DNA of 64,000 bases, taken from Chiloscyllium plagiosum. Taxonomy: Eukaryota. Of this stretch, positions 12,130 through 24,539 are shown one piece after another (position 1 is the first letter of the stretch; every line of letters begins with the position of its first letter). The notes below the pieces were generated by a model, which saw only the letters and a list, made by a program, of their open reading frames with translations, ran no database searches and had not been told where the DNA came from. Both the position numbers and the translations under genes were made by a program. Location of the stretch: positions 22,092,045-22,156,044 of the forward strand of contig NC_057749.1 of the NCBI RefSeq assembly GCF_004010195.1. The letters run 5' to 3'.

Positions 12130-15100
12130 CTCTCCAGTAACCAGGGCTCCCTGACTGGACCAGATTTATAGACCCATTCTATGAAGTCCACCTGCTGACC
12201 TCGTTCCAATCACTACACCCCCCACCACTGCCCAGGGGTCCAAGGACATAGGCCAGTCATTTCTTTCGAAGCTCCCTCCTAAGGCGTTTTAGCACTGGGT
12301 CAGGTTCTTCCAACTCTGCCTCTGATACGGGCAGCGTGTAAAGCACAGTAAAACATAGAACAGTACAGCACAGTACAGGCCTTTCGGCCCTCAATGTTAT
12401 GACAATCTTTTATCCTACTCTAAGATCAAACTAACCTACATACCCTCCATTTTACTACCATTCAGGTGCCTTTCCAAGAGTCGCATAAATGCCCCTAATG
12501 TATCTGACACTACTACCACCGCTGGCAGTGCATTCCACACACCCACCACTCTCTGTGTGAAGAACCTACCTCTGACTTCTCCTCTAACCACCTTAAAATT
12601 ATGTCCCCTCATGACTGCCATTTCCACCTGGGAAAGAAATCTCTGGCTATCCACTCTATCTCTGCTTCTCATCATCTTGTACACCTCTATCTAGTCACCT
12701 CTCATCCTTCTTCGCTCTAATGAGAAAAGCCCTAACTCCCTCAACCTTTCTTCATAGGACACACCCTCCAGTCCAGGCAACACCCTGGTACATCTCCCCT
12801 GCACCCTCTCTGAAGCTTCCACATCCTTCCTATAAAGAGGCGACCAGAACTGCATACAATATTGCAAGTGTGATCTAACCAGGGGTTTATAGAGCTGCAG
12901 TGTAACCTCACAATTCATAAACTCAATCCCCCCTGCTAATGAAAGCCAACATACCATACACCTTCTTAACAACCCTATCAGCATGAGTAGCAACTTTGAG
13001 GGAGTAATGGATTTGGACCTCAAGATCCCTCTGTTCCTCCATATTGCCAAGAATCTTACCTTTAACCCTGTATTTTGTATTTAAATTTCAGCTTCCAAGA
13101 TAAATGCCTTCACACATTTCCAGGTTGAACTCCATCTGCCACTTCTCAGCCCAGCTCTGCATCCTGTCAATGTCCCACTGCAACCTACAACAGCCCTCCA
13201 CACTATCCATCATTTCATCAACCTTCGTGTCATCGGCAAACTTACTAACCCAACCTTCCACTTCCTCAACCAAGTCATTTATAAATATCACAAAGAGCAG
13301 CGGTCCCAGAGCAGATCCCTGCGGAACATCACTGGTCACCGAGCTCCAGGCTGAATACTTTCCATCTACCACCACCCTCTGTCTTCTATGGGCCAGCTAA
13401 TTCTGTATCCAGACAGCCGAATTTCCCTGTATCCCATGCCTTCTTACTTTCTGAATGAGTCTACCGTGAGGAAACTTATCAAACACCTTGCTAAAATCCA
13501 TGTACACCACATCCACTGCTCTGCCTTCATCAATGTGTTTTGTCACATCCTCAAAAAATTCAGTAAGGCTTGTGAGGCATGACCTGCCCCTCACAAAGCC
13601 ACGCTTACTATCTCTAATCAAACTGTGCTTTTCCAAATAATCATAAACCTTGCTTCTCAAAATCCTCTCTCATAATTTTCCAACCACCAATATAAGACTG
13701 ACTGGTTTGTAATTCCCAGGGTTATCCCTATTCCCTTTCTTAAACAAAGGAATAATATTTGCCACCCTCTAATCATCTGGTACTACTCCAGTGGACAGTG
13801 AAGATGCAAAGACCATCGCCAAAGGTGCAGCAATCTCTTCCCTCACTTCCCGTGGTAACCTTGGGTATATCCTGTCTGACCCAGGGGACTTATCTATTCT
13901 CATGTTTTTCAAAATTTCCAGCACATCCTTTTTCTTAACATCAACCTGTTTGAGCATATCAGCCTGTTTCACATTGTCCTCACAAACGACAAGGTCCCTC
14001 TCACTCATGAATACTGATGCAAAGTATTCATTAAGGACCTCCCCTACCCCCTCCAAACCCAGGTACAAGTTCCCTCCACTATCCCTGATCATCCCTATCC
14101 TCACTCTGGCCATTGTCTTGATCCTCACATAAGTGTAGAATGCCTTGGGGCTTTCCTTACTCCTACCCACCAAGGCTTTTTCATGCCCCCTCCTAGCTCT
14201 CCTAAATCCATTCTTCAGTTCCTTCCTGGCTACCTTGTGACCCTCTAGAGTCATGTCTGATCCTTGCTTCCTCAACCTTAAGTAAGCTTCCTTCCTCCTC
14301 TTGACTAGATGTGCCACATTCCTTGTCACTCAAGGTTCCTTCACCCTACCATCCCTTCCCTGCCTCAGTGGGACAAACCTATCCAGCACTCATAGCAAGT
14401 ACTCCCGAAACAACCTCCACAATTCTGTTGCACATTTCCCTGAAAATATCTGCTCCCAATTTATGCTCCAATTTCTGCCTAATAGCATTGTAATTCCCCC
14501 CTTCCTAATTAAATACTTTCCCATACTGTCTGCTCCTATCCTTCTCAATTACTATAGTAAAGCTCAGGGAGTTGTGATCACTATCACCGAAATGCTCTCC
14601 CACCAAGAGATCTGACACCTGATCTGGTTCGTTGCCAAACACCAAATCCAATATGGCCTCCCCTCTAGTCGGCCTATCTACATATTGAGTCAGGAATCTT
14701 TCCTGGTCACACCTGACAAAATCTGCTCTGTCCAATCTTTTTGCACTAAAGAAGTTCCAATCAATATTAGGAAAATTGTAGTCACCCATGACAACAACCC
14801 TGTTACTCTGCACCTTTCCAAAATCTGCCTCCCACTCTGCTCCTCCGTGTCTCTGTTGCTACTGGGAGGCCTACAGATAACTCTCCAATAAAGTGACTGC
14901 TCCTTTCCTGTTTCTGACTTCCACCCATACTAACTCTATAGACAAACCCCCCTTGCCGACCTTCCTTTCTGCAGCTGTGATACCATCCCTGATTAGCAAT
15001 GCCACTCCCCCACCTCTTCTACCTCCCTCTCTCGACATTGTGAAACACCCAAACCTGGCAACATCCAACAACCATTCCTGCCCCTGGAATATCCAAGTCT

Positions 15101-16880
15101 CCGTAATGGCCACAACATCATAGCTGCAAATACTCATCCACACTCTTAAGTTCATCACCCTTATTCCCGATTGAGTTAAAAATAGACACATTTCAACCCA
15201 TCACACTGACTCTTGCACCCGGAGTGTCTCGGAAAATGATCATTCTCCTCTTCAGGTGGCAAAGGTCATCGAGATAGTGACATGAACTGTGTCCATCTCA
15301 GATTCCAAGGTCTCTTCAACACTTCGTAGCCAGGGAGAACCCCATAGGTTCCAGAATAGTTAGGAAAGGCTGTTGGGGAGTCGGGCATGTATTGCTCCCA
15401 CACCGTTTGCGCATTTGCAGCTTCCTGATGGTCCTCATGCTTGTTCAGGGCTGTCAGACCAACTTTATACACCACTGGACCTGACCTTGCATTGACCACG
15501 CCTCTTACCCATGCAGGGACATTCCCATGATTCCTGCACCAAACTTTGTTCCCTGAAGTTCCCTCAGCAGAGCCTGGCGTCCGGCATTGACGTTCCTGAT
15601 GCTGTTTCAACTCAGGTTCGGGAAGATCAGGTTTAACCTGGTGCAGAGTCTTCTCCCCATTAGCAACCCTGCTGGAGCTGTCCCTGTAGATCCATGAGGG
15701 CGGTCCTATAATCAAACAGGAACTGGGACAGTTTGGTATTGAGTGAAGCTGTAGGCTGTTTCTTTAATCCTGCCTTCAAAGTTTGGACTGATTTTTCTGC
15801 CAACCCAATGGGCGGTTTGGAGCTGTCCTTAGATGTTGAATACCACTCAACTTAGGAAGTATCCAAATTCCCAGCTGGTAAAAGATGCCCTGATATCTGT
15901 GACCAACACTTTTGACAGTCTGTGTACTGCAAAAGATGCTCGCAGTTTTCCTATCGTTGTCCCCGAGTTTGACGAGTGGACTCTATGCACCTCCAATGAC
16001 TTTGAGTGAGTATCCACAATGACTAAGAACACTGAGCCCATGAAAGGTCCAGCATAGCTGATATGTAACTGGTTTATCGGCCATACCCATGAATGTAGGC
16101 AAGGTGCCAATGGTAATCTGTGTTTTTGTTGGCACTCTGGGCACTACCCTACCAAGGCCGCAATCTCTGTATCCAATCCTGGCCACTGGACATAACTTCT
16201 CACCAACATCTTCAGTTTGGAAACCCCTGGATAACTCTGGTGGCCAGATCTGGCATTGACCTTTGCTCGGGACAATCACTCTTGCTCCCCATAATAATAT
16301 ACCATCGTCTATGGTGATCTGATCCCTCCATGTCCAAAATAATTTCAATTCTAGTTATGACAGCCCTTTGGTTTCTCCCATTGCCATTGGCTGTTTCAGT
16401 TTTGCCAGGACTGGATATTCCTGCATCTCAAGTCTGATATTGTCAGCTATGACTGGAAGTGCGTCCAGAAAATTAAAAACCATTATGGACTCTTCCCGTG
16501 GTGGTTTCCCCCGGGGTGTATCTGCCAGTGGGAGGCGGCTCAATGCATCCACATCCATTAGTCAGCCTCCTGGACAGCGTTCCAACTTGTAATTATACAC
16601 ACTTAGTATTACAGCCCAACGCTGAATTCAGCCTGAAGTTATGGGCTGCCAATGCCTTGTCCTCATTAAGTTGACCAAGCAGGGGTTTATGGTTTGTTAC
16701 TATTACAATCCTAAACCCATCAAAGTATTAGTGGAATTTCCTGACTCCGGGTATGACCACCAAACCTTCCTTCCCTATCTGAGTGCATTTACACTCTGCA
16801 TTAGACAGAGTCCTGGATGCTTATACTATTGGCCGTTCCTCTCCATTGAGCCATCGATGAGCTAACACTACCTCGATGCT
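12130..16880 (-). mobile_element. Decayed Gypsy LTR retrotransposon: RNase H, integrase, PPT and partial 3' LTR, interrupted by a CR1
   Basis: DALSRLPL; HISYAGPFMGSVFLVIVDTHSK (integrase); G-rich PPT abutting the LTR start TGTAGTG at 12217. Confidence 0.88.
12351..15210 (-). mobile_element. CR1 LINE with nearly complete but disrupted ORF2 (APE endonuclease and RT)
   Basis: DVVAITETW, RRGGGVALL, VMGDYNFPNIDW, PTRGEAILDLV, DSDHN, VYMDFSKVFDK, VPQGSALGP, FADD; multiple frameshifts and stops. Confidence 0.96.
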
Positions 16881-16894
16881 GTATGGACATATTA

Positions 16895-16960
16895 GCTGCA
16901 CAATCAGGGATCTCATATTCTATGATGTGCACCTGGCTGACCTCATTACAATCACCACAC
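16895..16960 (-). mobile_element. Third fragment of the same Gypsy LTR
   Basis: CAATCAGGG..CTCATATTCTATG..CACCTGGCTGACCTCATTACAATCACCACA; shows the uninterrupted site of the 7101-8511 CR1 insertion. Confidence 0.7.
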
Positions 16961-17589
16961 TCCCCATGGAACTTCAATTTTTCCTCAGAATGTACTTCCT
17001 GAATGTTTATACCAAAATCCTCCCTTCAATGTCGGCCACTATTTTCTGGATTGATCTAAAGTCTACCCTTGTGTCCTAACTCACTTCACCTAGCCCCACA
17101 CTCATAGCCACGTAATTATGCTTATTTAAGTTTAAAGTACTAGTCTCGGACCCGCACTTCTTCCTTTCAAACTGGATGTAAAGTTCAATCAGACTGTGGC
17201 CACTGCTTCCTCGAGATACCTTCGTGCTGAGGCCGTTAGTGAATCCTCTGACAATAAACAACACCAAATCTCACCGAGCCCACTCTTTGGCTCTTTCCAG
17301 AATGTGGGGCTGTCCCAAGAAGCTATCTCAGATGCATTTTATGAAATCCCTACAAGTGGCTTTTTCCAGTTCATACGTTGTTTAAAATTATCCATGATTA
17401 TCCCGTACCCTTTATTCCAAGCCCGGAATATTTCTTCTGATCCACTTTCTGCTATGCTGATAGCTGGGCCAGCATTCATTGCCTGTCCCTAGCTGTGCTT
17501 GAGAAAGACTCCTTTCTACTGCTGTAGTTTAAGCTCTGTAGCCCCCTCAGATATTATGAGGGATCCTGTATATCACTCCTACTGATAAC

Positions 17590-17815
17590 GTCGCTCAGCT
17601 ACTGTTCCATATCTCCAATTCCGTTCTTGACTAATAGTGTCACCTCCTTTCCTTTACCCAGTTGCCGAATCTTCATGAATGTCACATTCCCCTCAAAATT
17701 CAGAACCCAAAGCTTATCATCCTGTAGTCATGTTGCCAGATTTAAACTTATTTACATCAAAGGGTGCTATCCGTTCAATTACTTTGGTATGAATGCTCCA
17801 CACATTCTGATTCAA
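17590..17815 (-). mobile_element. Old CR1 endonuclease fragment
   Basis: NVWSIHTKVIE and a degenerate G-KGGG motif on the minus strand. Confidence 0.5.
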
Positions 17816-18984
17816 TTCAATCTCAGATACAGAGATTGCGGCCTTGGTAGGGTAGTGCCCAGAGTGCCAGCAAAAACACAGATTACCACTGGCACCTTCC
17901 CTACATTCATTTTGGCATCTGTTTAATTGTTGTAACATCTTGTCACTGATGAAGTAACTGAAGATGCTTGGGCCTAGGACAACCTCTTAAGGAACTCCTG
18001 CAGTAATATCTCAGGAGTGAGTGATTGCAGTGCATTGAAAATTGAATTTTGCATATTATACCCACATACCAGCTGAGGGGATGGTGAACAGTGGAAAGAA
18101 TCTTTTAACAATACGTGCAAACCATTGCTCTGGAAACTGTGCATAAACCCGTCCTCACTCCAGTGAACCAATCATCAGTCAGAGATTCTGCTAAATTATA
18201 TTCGTTTGTGAGAGTTTGAGGGGACTATAGACATTAAACTATCGCAGTAGAAAGGAATCGTTCTCAAAGACAGTGGGGACAGGCAGTAAGTAACCACATG
18301 CTATGGGTAATTCTTTTAAAAAATTATCCTTTAACCAAGGTGTGCAAGAGTTCTGTTCCTGACAGAACCTTCCTGTTTCTTCCCACACATTTCACAGTGG
18401 TGAGGTAAATGGTGAGAAATGGGCATGAAACCTTCGGAAAGTGTTTACTTTCCGGAGGCAGCACTTTAAGCCGGATAGTTAGGGAATGATTTAAGTCCGC
18501 AGTCTGTAGTTAGACACTCAAGAGGCACTTGAGTTTGGGATTGGAATGCAGAATGTTTGCATGCACATCCACACTGGTCCTGCAAACCAAAACCATTAAA
18601 ATGAAGGAAAATAATTAATCTTTAATCACTACAGAGAAGTTTTTTACTTTGAAAGGGACTCAGTGCGTGATCAAGGATCTTAGTTATCAAGCGCAGACTA
18701 AGAAGGGCTCGCTCAACTACTCTTTTAGGCTTACTCTGTCGATATGTTTCTTTTCTGACATGACTCGTCAGTCTGCCTCCTGCCAATGGAACTTTGTGAA
18801 TGATAGTGATAGGATTCAGCTTGTCAGGCTAAGACTCTATATCACTGAGACCAAAACAGCTAAATACCTGATGTCTATTTGTGAGGGAAAATATCCACCA
18901 CACTTGAGTGATCTAATGATATTCAGTGTGTAAGCAAATCTTTCAATTTACTGCATACAACAGATTTCAGAAGACACAAGGCTG

Positions 18985-19295
18985 GGGAAGTGATGGCCTA
19001 GTGATTGAGGACCTGGGTTCAAATCCCACCTGTAACAAATGGTGGAATCTGAATTCCAGGAAAAATCTGGAATTAAGAGTCTAATGATAACCATGAGCCT
19101 ATTGTTGGGGGGAAAAGCCCATCTGTTTCACTCTAGGGGGAAGGAATCTGCCATCCTTACCTGGTCTGGCCTCCATGTGACTCCAGACCCACAGCTAATG
19201 TGGTTGACTCTTAACTGCCCCCTGAGCAATTAGGGATGGGCAATAAATGCTGACCTGGCCAGTGATGGCCCACATCCCAGGAATGAATAAAAATA
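18985..19295 (+). mobile_element. tRNA-derived SINE sharing its 3' tail with the LINE at 30700-31092
   Basis: GGTTCAAATCCC B-box; tail GGGATGGGCAATAAATGCTG..CCCACATCCC..GAATGAAT. A second copy lies on the minus strand near 26290-26450. Confidence 0.75.
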
Positions 19296-19999
19296 AATGC
19301 ATTCATTTTACCAGTGGAAATGAATGTTCAAGTTATGCTTGTTGTTTACAGTTCTGGTAACAAACTGTTGAAAGATGTTATGCATCTCATTTACTAACAA
19401 AGTTGTACATGTTGTATCATAAATGGCATTGCCCCTTAAGAATACCGTACACATATACCAGCAGAGGGAGTCTGAAAGGAAAATCAAGGACTCCATGTTG
19501 TATTAGTATAGGACACAGACCTGCTTCTTCCTGAATATTACCATTTCTTCCCTTAAGCCTCACAACGATTGGCCTCTGATAACCACCAGCACCTTCCTTT
19601 TTGCTCAGAATTATTGTAGTGGACTTTGTGGTTGAGTAAAGGCGTTTTGTTTTGCAAAATGTGTTGTGTTCTTATTTATTAAGCAGCAGCACAGATAAAA
19701 CATGATGTTTTTGGCAAGGCGATGATTTCAGAAGTCAGGCAGCTTATTCAGTATTCCGAGGCATTCCTCCTCTTAAATCCCCCCCTTCCCCCTGCTGCCC
19801 CCACTTCCTTCCTCTATCCACAACCCCGACTTCTCAGGTGTGCCCAGGAGCTAACCAACCTTTGTTCTGTGGAAGGGCCACATGACCCAAAACGCTAGCC
19901 CTGATTTCTCTCCACAGATGCTGCCAGACCTGCTGAGCTTTTCCAGCGATTCCTGTTTTTGTTTCTGATTTACAGCATCCGCGGTTCTTTCAGTTTTTA

Positions 20000-20140
20000 A
20001 TCTTTGTTGGGTACAAACTGGTTTCTGTGCTTTCTGCACCCTAATATTACAACAGAAATTCCATTCCGAATTGGCTGAAAAACCCTTCGGGATGTGATGT
20101 GGTCTTGATAGGTGCTATATAAATGTAAGTTTTTTTTTTC
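20000..20140 (+). mobile_element. DeuSINE-like 3' tail remnant
   Basis: ATTACAACAG..ATTGGCTG..GGGATG..GGTGCTATATAAATGTAAG. Confidence 0.5.
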
Positions 20141-20305
20141 TCCCTTAAGGACGTTGCCAAGACTGATTGATACCTTATACATAGAGATAGCACAAAGTGC
20201 TCCAACACAACTTGATATGCACTGACAGCTGCCTCAATCAATGCATTTAGATGAACACAGCACCATTTCAGTGCTAACTAATACCTGTTGCTACAAGATA
20301 TAATC

Positions 20306-20426
20306 TCATTCCTGATGAAGGGCTCCGGCCTGAAACATCGATTCTCCTGCTCCTCGCAAGCTGCCTGACCTGCTGTGCTTTTCCAGCAACACACTCCTAA
20401 CTCTGATCTGCAGACCTCACTGTCTC
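20306..20426 (+). mobile_element. Short PLE derivative with hammerhead motif
   Basis: CTGATGAAGGGCTCCGGCCTGAAACATC; near-TSD CAAGAT(A/C)TAATC at 20294-20305 and 20427-20438. Confidence 0.8.
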
Positions 20427-20607
20427 CAAGATCTAATCCAGCTGAGTCCTGTCCAGTCATGATCCTGGCACAATGGCATCTCAGACGAAAATAAATGAAG
20501 TCCGTACCACATAACTGCACCCGGGATAAGATGCAGAAGCAGCAAAGTACAACCTAACATTTCTTTTGTCTCAATTACTAACATATCTGGACAAAGTATC
20601 TGATAAC

Positions 20608-20935
20608 ACCATAAGACCATAGGAACAGGAGTAGGCCATTCGGCCCTTCAAGCCTGCTCCCGCATTCAATAGGATTATGTCTGATCCAACATTCCTCACA
20701 TCCGCTTTTCTCCCTTTTCCCTGTAGTCCTTGATTCCCTGATTGATCTATCCATCTCAGCCTGCAATATACACAAGGACTCTGTCCACACAACCTCTCTC
20801 TGGCAAGCAGTTCCAAAGATCCACAACCTCTGAGAGAAGAAATTCCTCACCATTTCAGTCTTAAACTGGTGTGCCTTTATTCTGAGACTATATCCTCTGG
20901 TTCTAGACTCTCCCATGAGGAGAAACTTCCCATTC
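20608..20935 (-). mobile_element. CR1 LINE 3' fragment
   Basis: GESRTRGYSLRIK..FKTEMVRNFFSQR plus tail. Confidence 0.85.
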
Positions 20936-21315
20936 ATCCAATAATCAGCATCAATGGCATCTTGATAGTGTTACTCACTAGCTCCTACATTCCCACCTAG
21001 TTTGGTGTAAGGGAATATAAATGATATATTAAATAGAGGAAGGAATTGAGCTGAGCTGAGGGTTAATGTTGCCTCAACATTGCTTTAAGATTCCGCGAAT
21101 GGCGATTGGCATTGGCACACCTATCACGGCATTGACTTCCGGTTCTGAGACACATTGGAGTCCTGTACAGCCAGTAAAAACATTAGGGTTAATGTGAGTC
21201 ATGTAAAGAGTCTGTGTTGTAGAAGATGGTTAGTACTTTAAAGGGTTAAATCCCATTATGGAATAGGTGGCACACATCATCAAGGATTGTTATTGAAAGG
21301 AACTAACCAGCATTT

Positions 21316-22374
21316 GGTTCCAGTTGATGGCGGTGGAGTAGGGCTCTGAGCCCAGGGCTCAACCCGTTTCATCCACTTTTCTTTTCAGTTCTTTTTCTCT
21401 CTCTCTTCTCGCATTTTGTTCTCTTCTATTTTATCTACCTCTTGGTGATGAGTTCAGTCACAGTGACAGCATCGGCAGCAACGAGTAGGCCCAGCAGTTG
21501 GACTCCAGTGGGCCCCGCAGCACAGACCCGAGTGGGCCCAGCAGCATGGACTCCAGTGGGCCCCGCAACATGGACTGGAGTGGGCCCAGCAGCACAGACC
21601 CGAGTGGGCCCAGCGGTTGGACTCTAGTGGGCCCAGCAGCACAATCTTGAATAGGCCCAGCAGCATGGACTCGAATGGGCCTAGCAGCATAGACTCGAAT
21701 AGGCCCAACAGCATGGACTGGAGTGAGCTTAACAGCATGGACTCGAGTGGGGCCCAGCAACATGGATTCAAGTAGGCCCCGCAGTATGGATTCAAGTCAG
21801 GCCTGCAGTATGGACAGGAGTGGGCCCAGCAGCACAGACTTGAGCAGGCCCAGCAATACGGACTGGAGTGGGCCCAACAGTCTGGACTGGACTGGGCCCA
21901 GCAGCGCAGATGGGAGTGGGCCCAGCAGCGCAGACTCAAGACAGCAGTGTCAGAGGTGAGTTTCGGTTCCTGGTGGCTTCTGTAGCCAATGCGGATTGAT
22001 GGAGGTGGAGTTCTATTCGGGCCAGTGTGGTACCTGCTGGCATTGGTGGCTTCTGGATTGGTGAGGTCCAGTGAGGACTTGTAGTGGCGAGGGTGTCAGA
22101 GGTGAGATGGCACCAAGCAGCGGGCTACACTCATTCCAGCAGCACCAACAGTGGTGAAGGGGAGTTGTGCCAAGCCACCAGACCCTTCGCCCATGGTGGA
22201 GCATTTAACACGAAGGACTGTAAAATTGAATACTTTATTTCTTCATTTTTCTACCTTTATATTCTATATTTTAGTCTATTTTTCTGTGTTTTAAGATGGC
22301 GCCAGAGAGTGGCAACACGGTACAATACCTTTCACTGTAATTTGTAACACATGTGACAATAAATAAATCAAATC
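21316..22374 (+). mobile_element. Non-coding retroposon with internal 24-bp minisatellite and Rex1-type tail
   Basis: GATGGCGG head, pyrimidine tract, array, then AAGATGGCGCC..TTTCACTGT..GTGACAATAAAT(AAATC)n. Confidence 0.65.
21485..21940. repeat. 24-bp minisatellite, GAGTGGGCCCAGCAGCATGGACTC-like
   Basis: Direct periodicity. Confidence 0.93.
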
Positions 22375-22634
22375 TTGCTCTAGTCAGAAATTCCTGGAAC
22401 TAACTATCACATCCCATTATCTAAAATCCAACTTGATAACTCACAAGGGGCCATCATATACCTTGGATGGTATGTAACTAGCTACTGCTTACTATGTAAT
22501 AAACGTATTCTGTTTATCACCAAACTTCTCTTCTGCTGAAGACTTTGTGTGATCACCCTCTCACAATTGGTAACAGTAACTTAGATTAATACCAAGTAAG
22601 AGGACTGGTGACAGAGAATCGATCCAAGGCATTT

Positions 22635-23390
22635 AGAGTCATAGAGATGTACAGCATGGAAACAGACCCTTCGGTCCAACCCGTCCATGCCGACCAGATA
22701 TCCCAACCCAATCTAGTCCCACCTGCCAGCACCCGGCCCATATCCCTCCGAATCCTTCCTATTCATATACCCATCCAGATGCCTCTTAAATGTTGCAATT
22801 GTACCAGCCTCAGTTGGTTCCACTGGATTATGCCCACAATAGATGCCAATCAGCCAGAGCTGGTATCTGAAAATATCTCAACGCTGACAGTGGTTTGGAG
22901 TTTGTTAAAGATACCATGGTACATCATCAATGTCATCAAATCACATGGTAACAGAGTCTACTGAGAAGTGGTTCTATATGAAGCCATGTCATAGAGTCAG
23001 AGTCATAGAGATGTACAGCACAGAAAAAGACCCTTCAATCCAACTCGTCTGTGCCGACCAGATATCGTAAACTAATTTAGTCCCATTTGCCAGCTTTTGG
23101 CCCATAGCCCTATAAACCCTTCCTATTCATATACCCATCCAGATGCCCTTTAAATGTTGTCATTGTACCAGTCTCCACCACTTCCACAGCCTCCGATACT
23201 CCAGAGAAAATAACCCCAGCCTATTCAGTCTCTCCCTATAGCACAAACCCTTCAGCCTTGGCAACATCCTTGTAAATCGATTCTGTACACTTTCAAGTTT
23301 CACAACATCCTCCCTACAGCAGGGAGACCAGAATTGAGTGCAGTATTCCAAAAGTGGCCGAACCAGTGTCCTGTAGAGCCACAACATGAC
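22635..23390 (-). mobile_element. Two CR1/HER1 3' fragments (22635-22811 and 22990-23390)
   Basis: HER1 tails; LYRTLVRPLLEYCTQFWSP. Confidence 0.88.
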
Positions 23391-23791
23391 CTATAGTTGA
23401 AAGGTTATGTAAAGTTTACCCAGAGCTCTGTCTCTTGCAGTCTCTATCAATCCTAACTAAGGACACAACCCACTCTAAGTTCAACGTTGATGATAACAGG
23501 TGATGGGCTTGAGAATATTACACAGTAACATTGCTTTTGAGGTGAAATATGTTTTCGTGCTGTGCCTATAGGTGTCCCCCAGAACCAGGATTGGTTCAAA
23601 GTTGCAGCTGGGAAGCCTTGGTATCCCATGGCAACATGTATCCCTCTTGTGTTGCTGGAATCTTATGGCGTGAATTAAGTCCATTCGGCTAACTATCCCT
23701 GTATGCTTCAAAGTTTTGATTATGCAGATATTACTTGGTTTTGAAATTTTCCAGCTTCCTTCCCACTCTTCCCAAATGAATATTTTATATT

Positions 23792-24292
23792 TAAAAAGTG
23801 TGGTGTTGGAAAAGCACAGTCAGTCAGGCAGCATCCAAGGAGCAGGAGAATCAATGTTTCGGGCATAAGCTCTTCATCAGGAATGAGGGGGCAGCCCCCT
23901 TGGGAGAGATAAATGGGAGGAGAGTGGGGTAGGGGGGAAGGTAGATGAGAGTGTAATAGGTGGATGGAGGTGGGGAGTAAAGGTGATAGGTCAGAGAGGA
24001 GGGTAGAGTGGATAGGTGGGAAAGAAGATGGACAGATGGATGGCTCATGAGGGCGGTGCCAAGTTGGAAGGTTGGATCTAGGATGAGGTGGGTGAAACCG
24101 ACATTGATCCCATGTGGTTGGAGGGTCCCAAGACGGAAGATGAGGCATTCTTCCTCCAGACGTCGGCTGGCTAGGATTTGGCCATGGAGGAGGCCCAGGA
24201 CTTGCATGTCATGGCAGAGTGGGAGGGGGAGTTGAAGTCGTCGGCCACAGAGCGGTGGAGTTGTTTGGTGTGTGTGTCCCAGAGATGTTCCC
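23792..24292 (-). mobile_element. Penelope-like element 3' portion (end of GIY-YIG region and pLTR)
   Basis: RRLEEECLIFRLGTLQPHGINV, then CTGATGAAGAGCTTATGCCCGAAAC on the minus strand. Confidence 0.88.
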
Positions 24293-24539
24293 TGGATATA
24301 TCATATCTGAAGGAAAATCTGTGTCAAAATGTAACTGCTACCTTGGACCCTTTGTTAGTGATTGTTCTGAATGGTGTGGATCTGGAGATCCTGCTGAGTC
24401 CCATGGGGACATCTCCACTCGAAGTAGCAGAGCCAGACTGGAAGACTGCAGACGTTTAGGTGTAAGGCACTTTCAGTGCTGATGGAGATGATGTGATATC
24501 TTACGTACATCTTTAAAGACATCACATTGGACAATGTGC

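Larger units (their letters stand above)
21006..22565 (+). mobile_element. Solo LTR (about 0.5 kb) interrupted by a 1.06 kb insertion
   Basis: TGT...ACA termini, AATAAA at 22498-22503, 5-bp flanks TTTGG/ATTGG. Confidence 0.6.

Noticed and set aside
12351..15210. Active CR1 ORF2
   Set aside because: Broken into many frames by stops and frameshifts; no ORF1 or 5' UTR.
21485..21940. CRISPR-like array
   Set aside because: Contiguous tandem units without unique spacers, in a vertebrate context. The same applies to 36181-36864.
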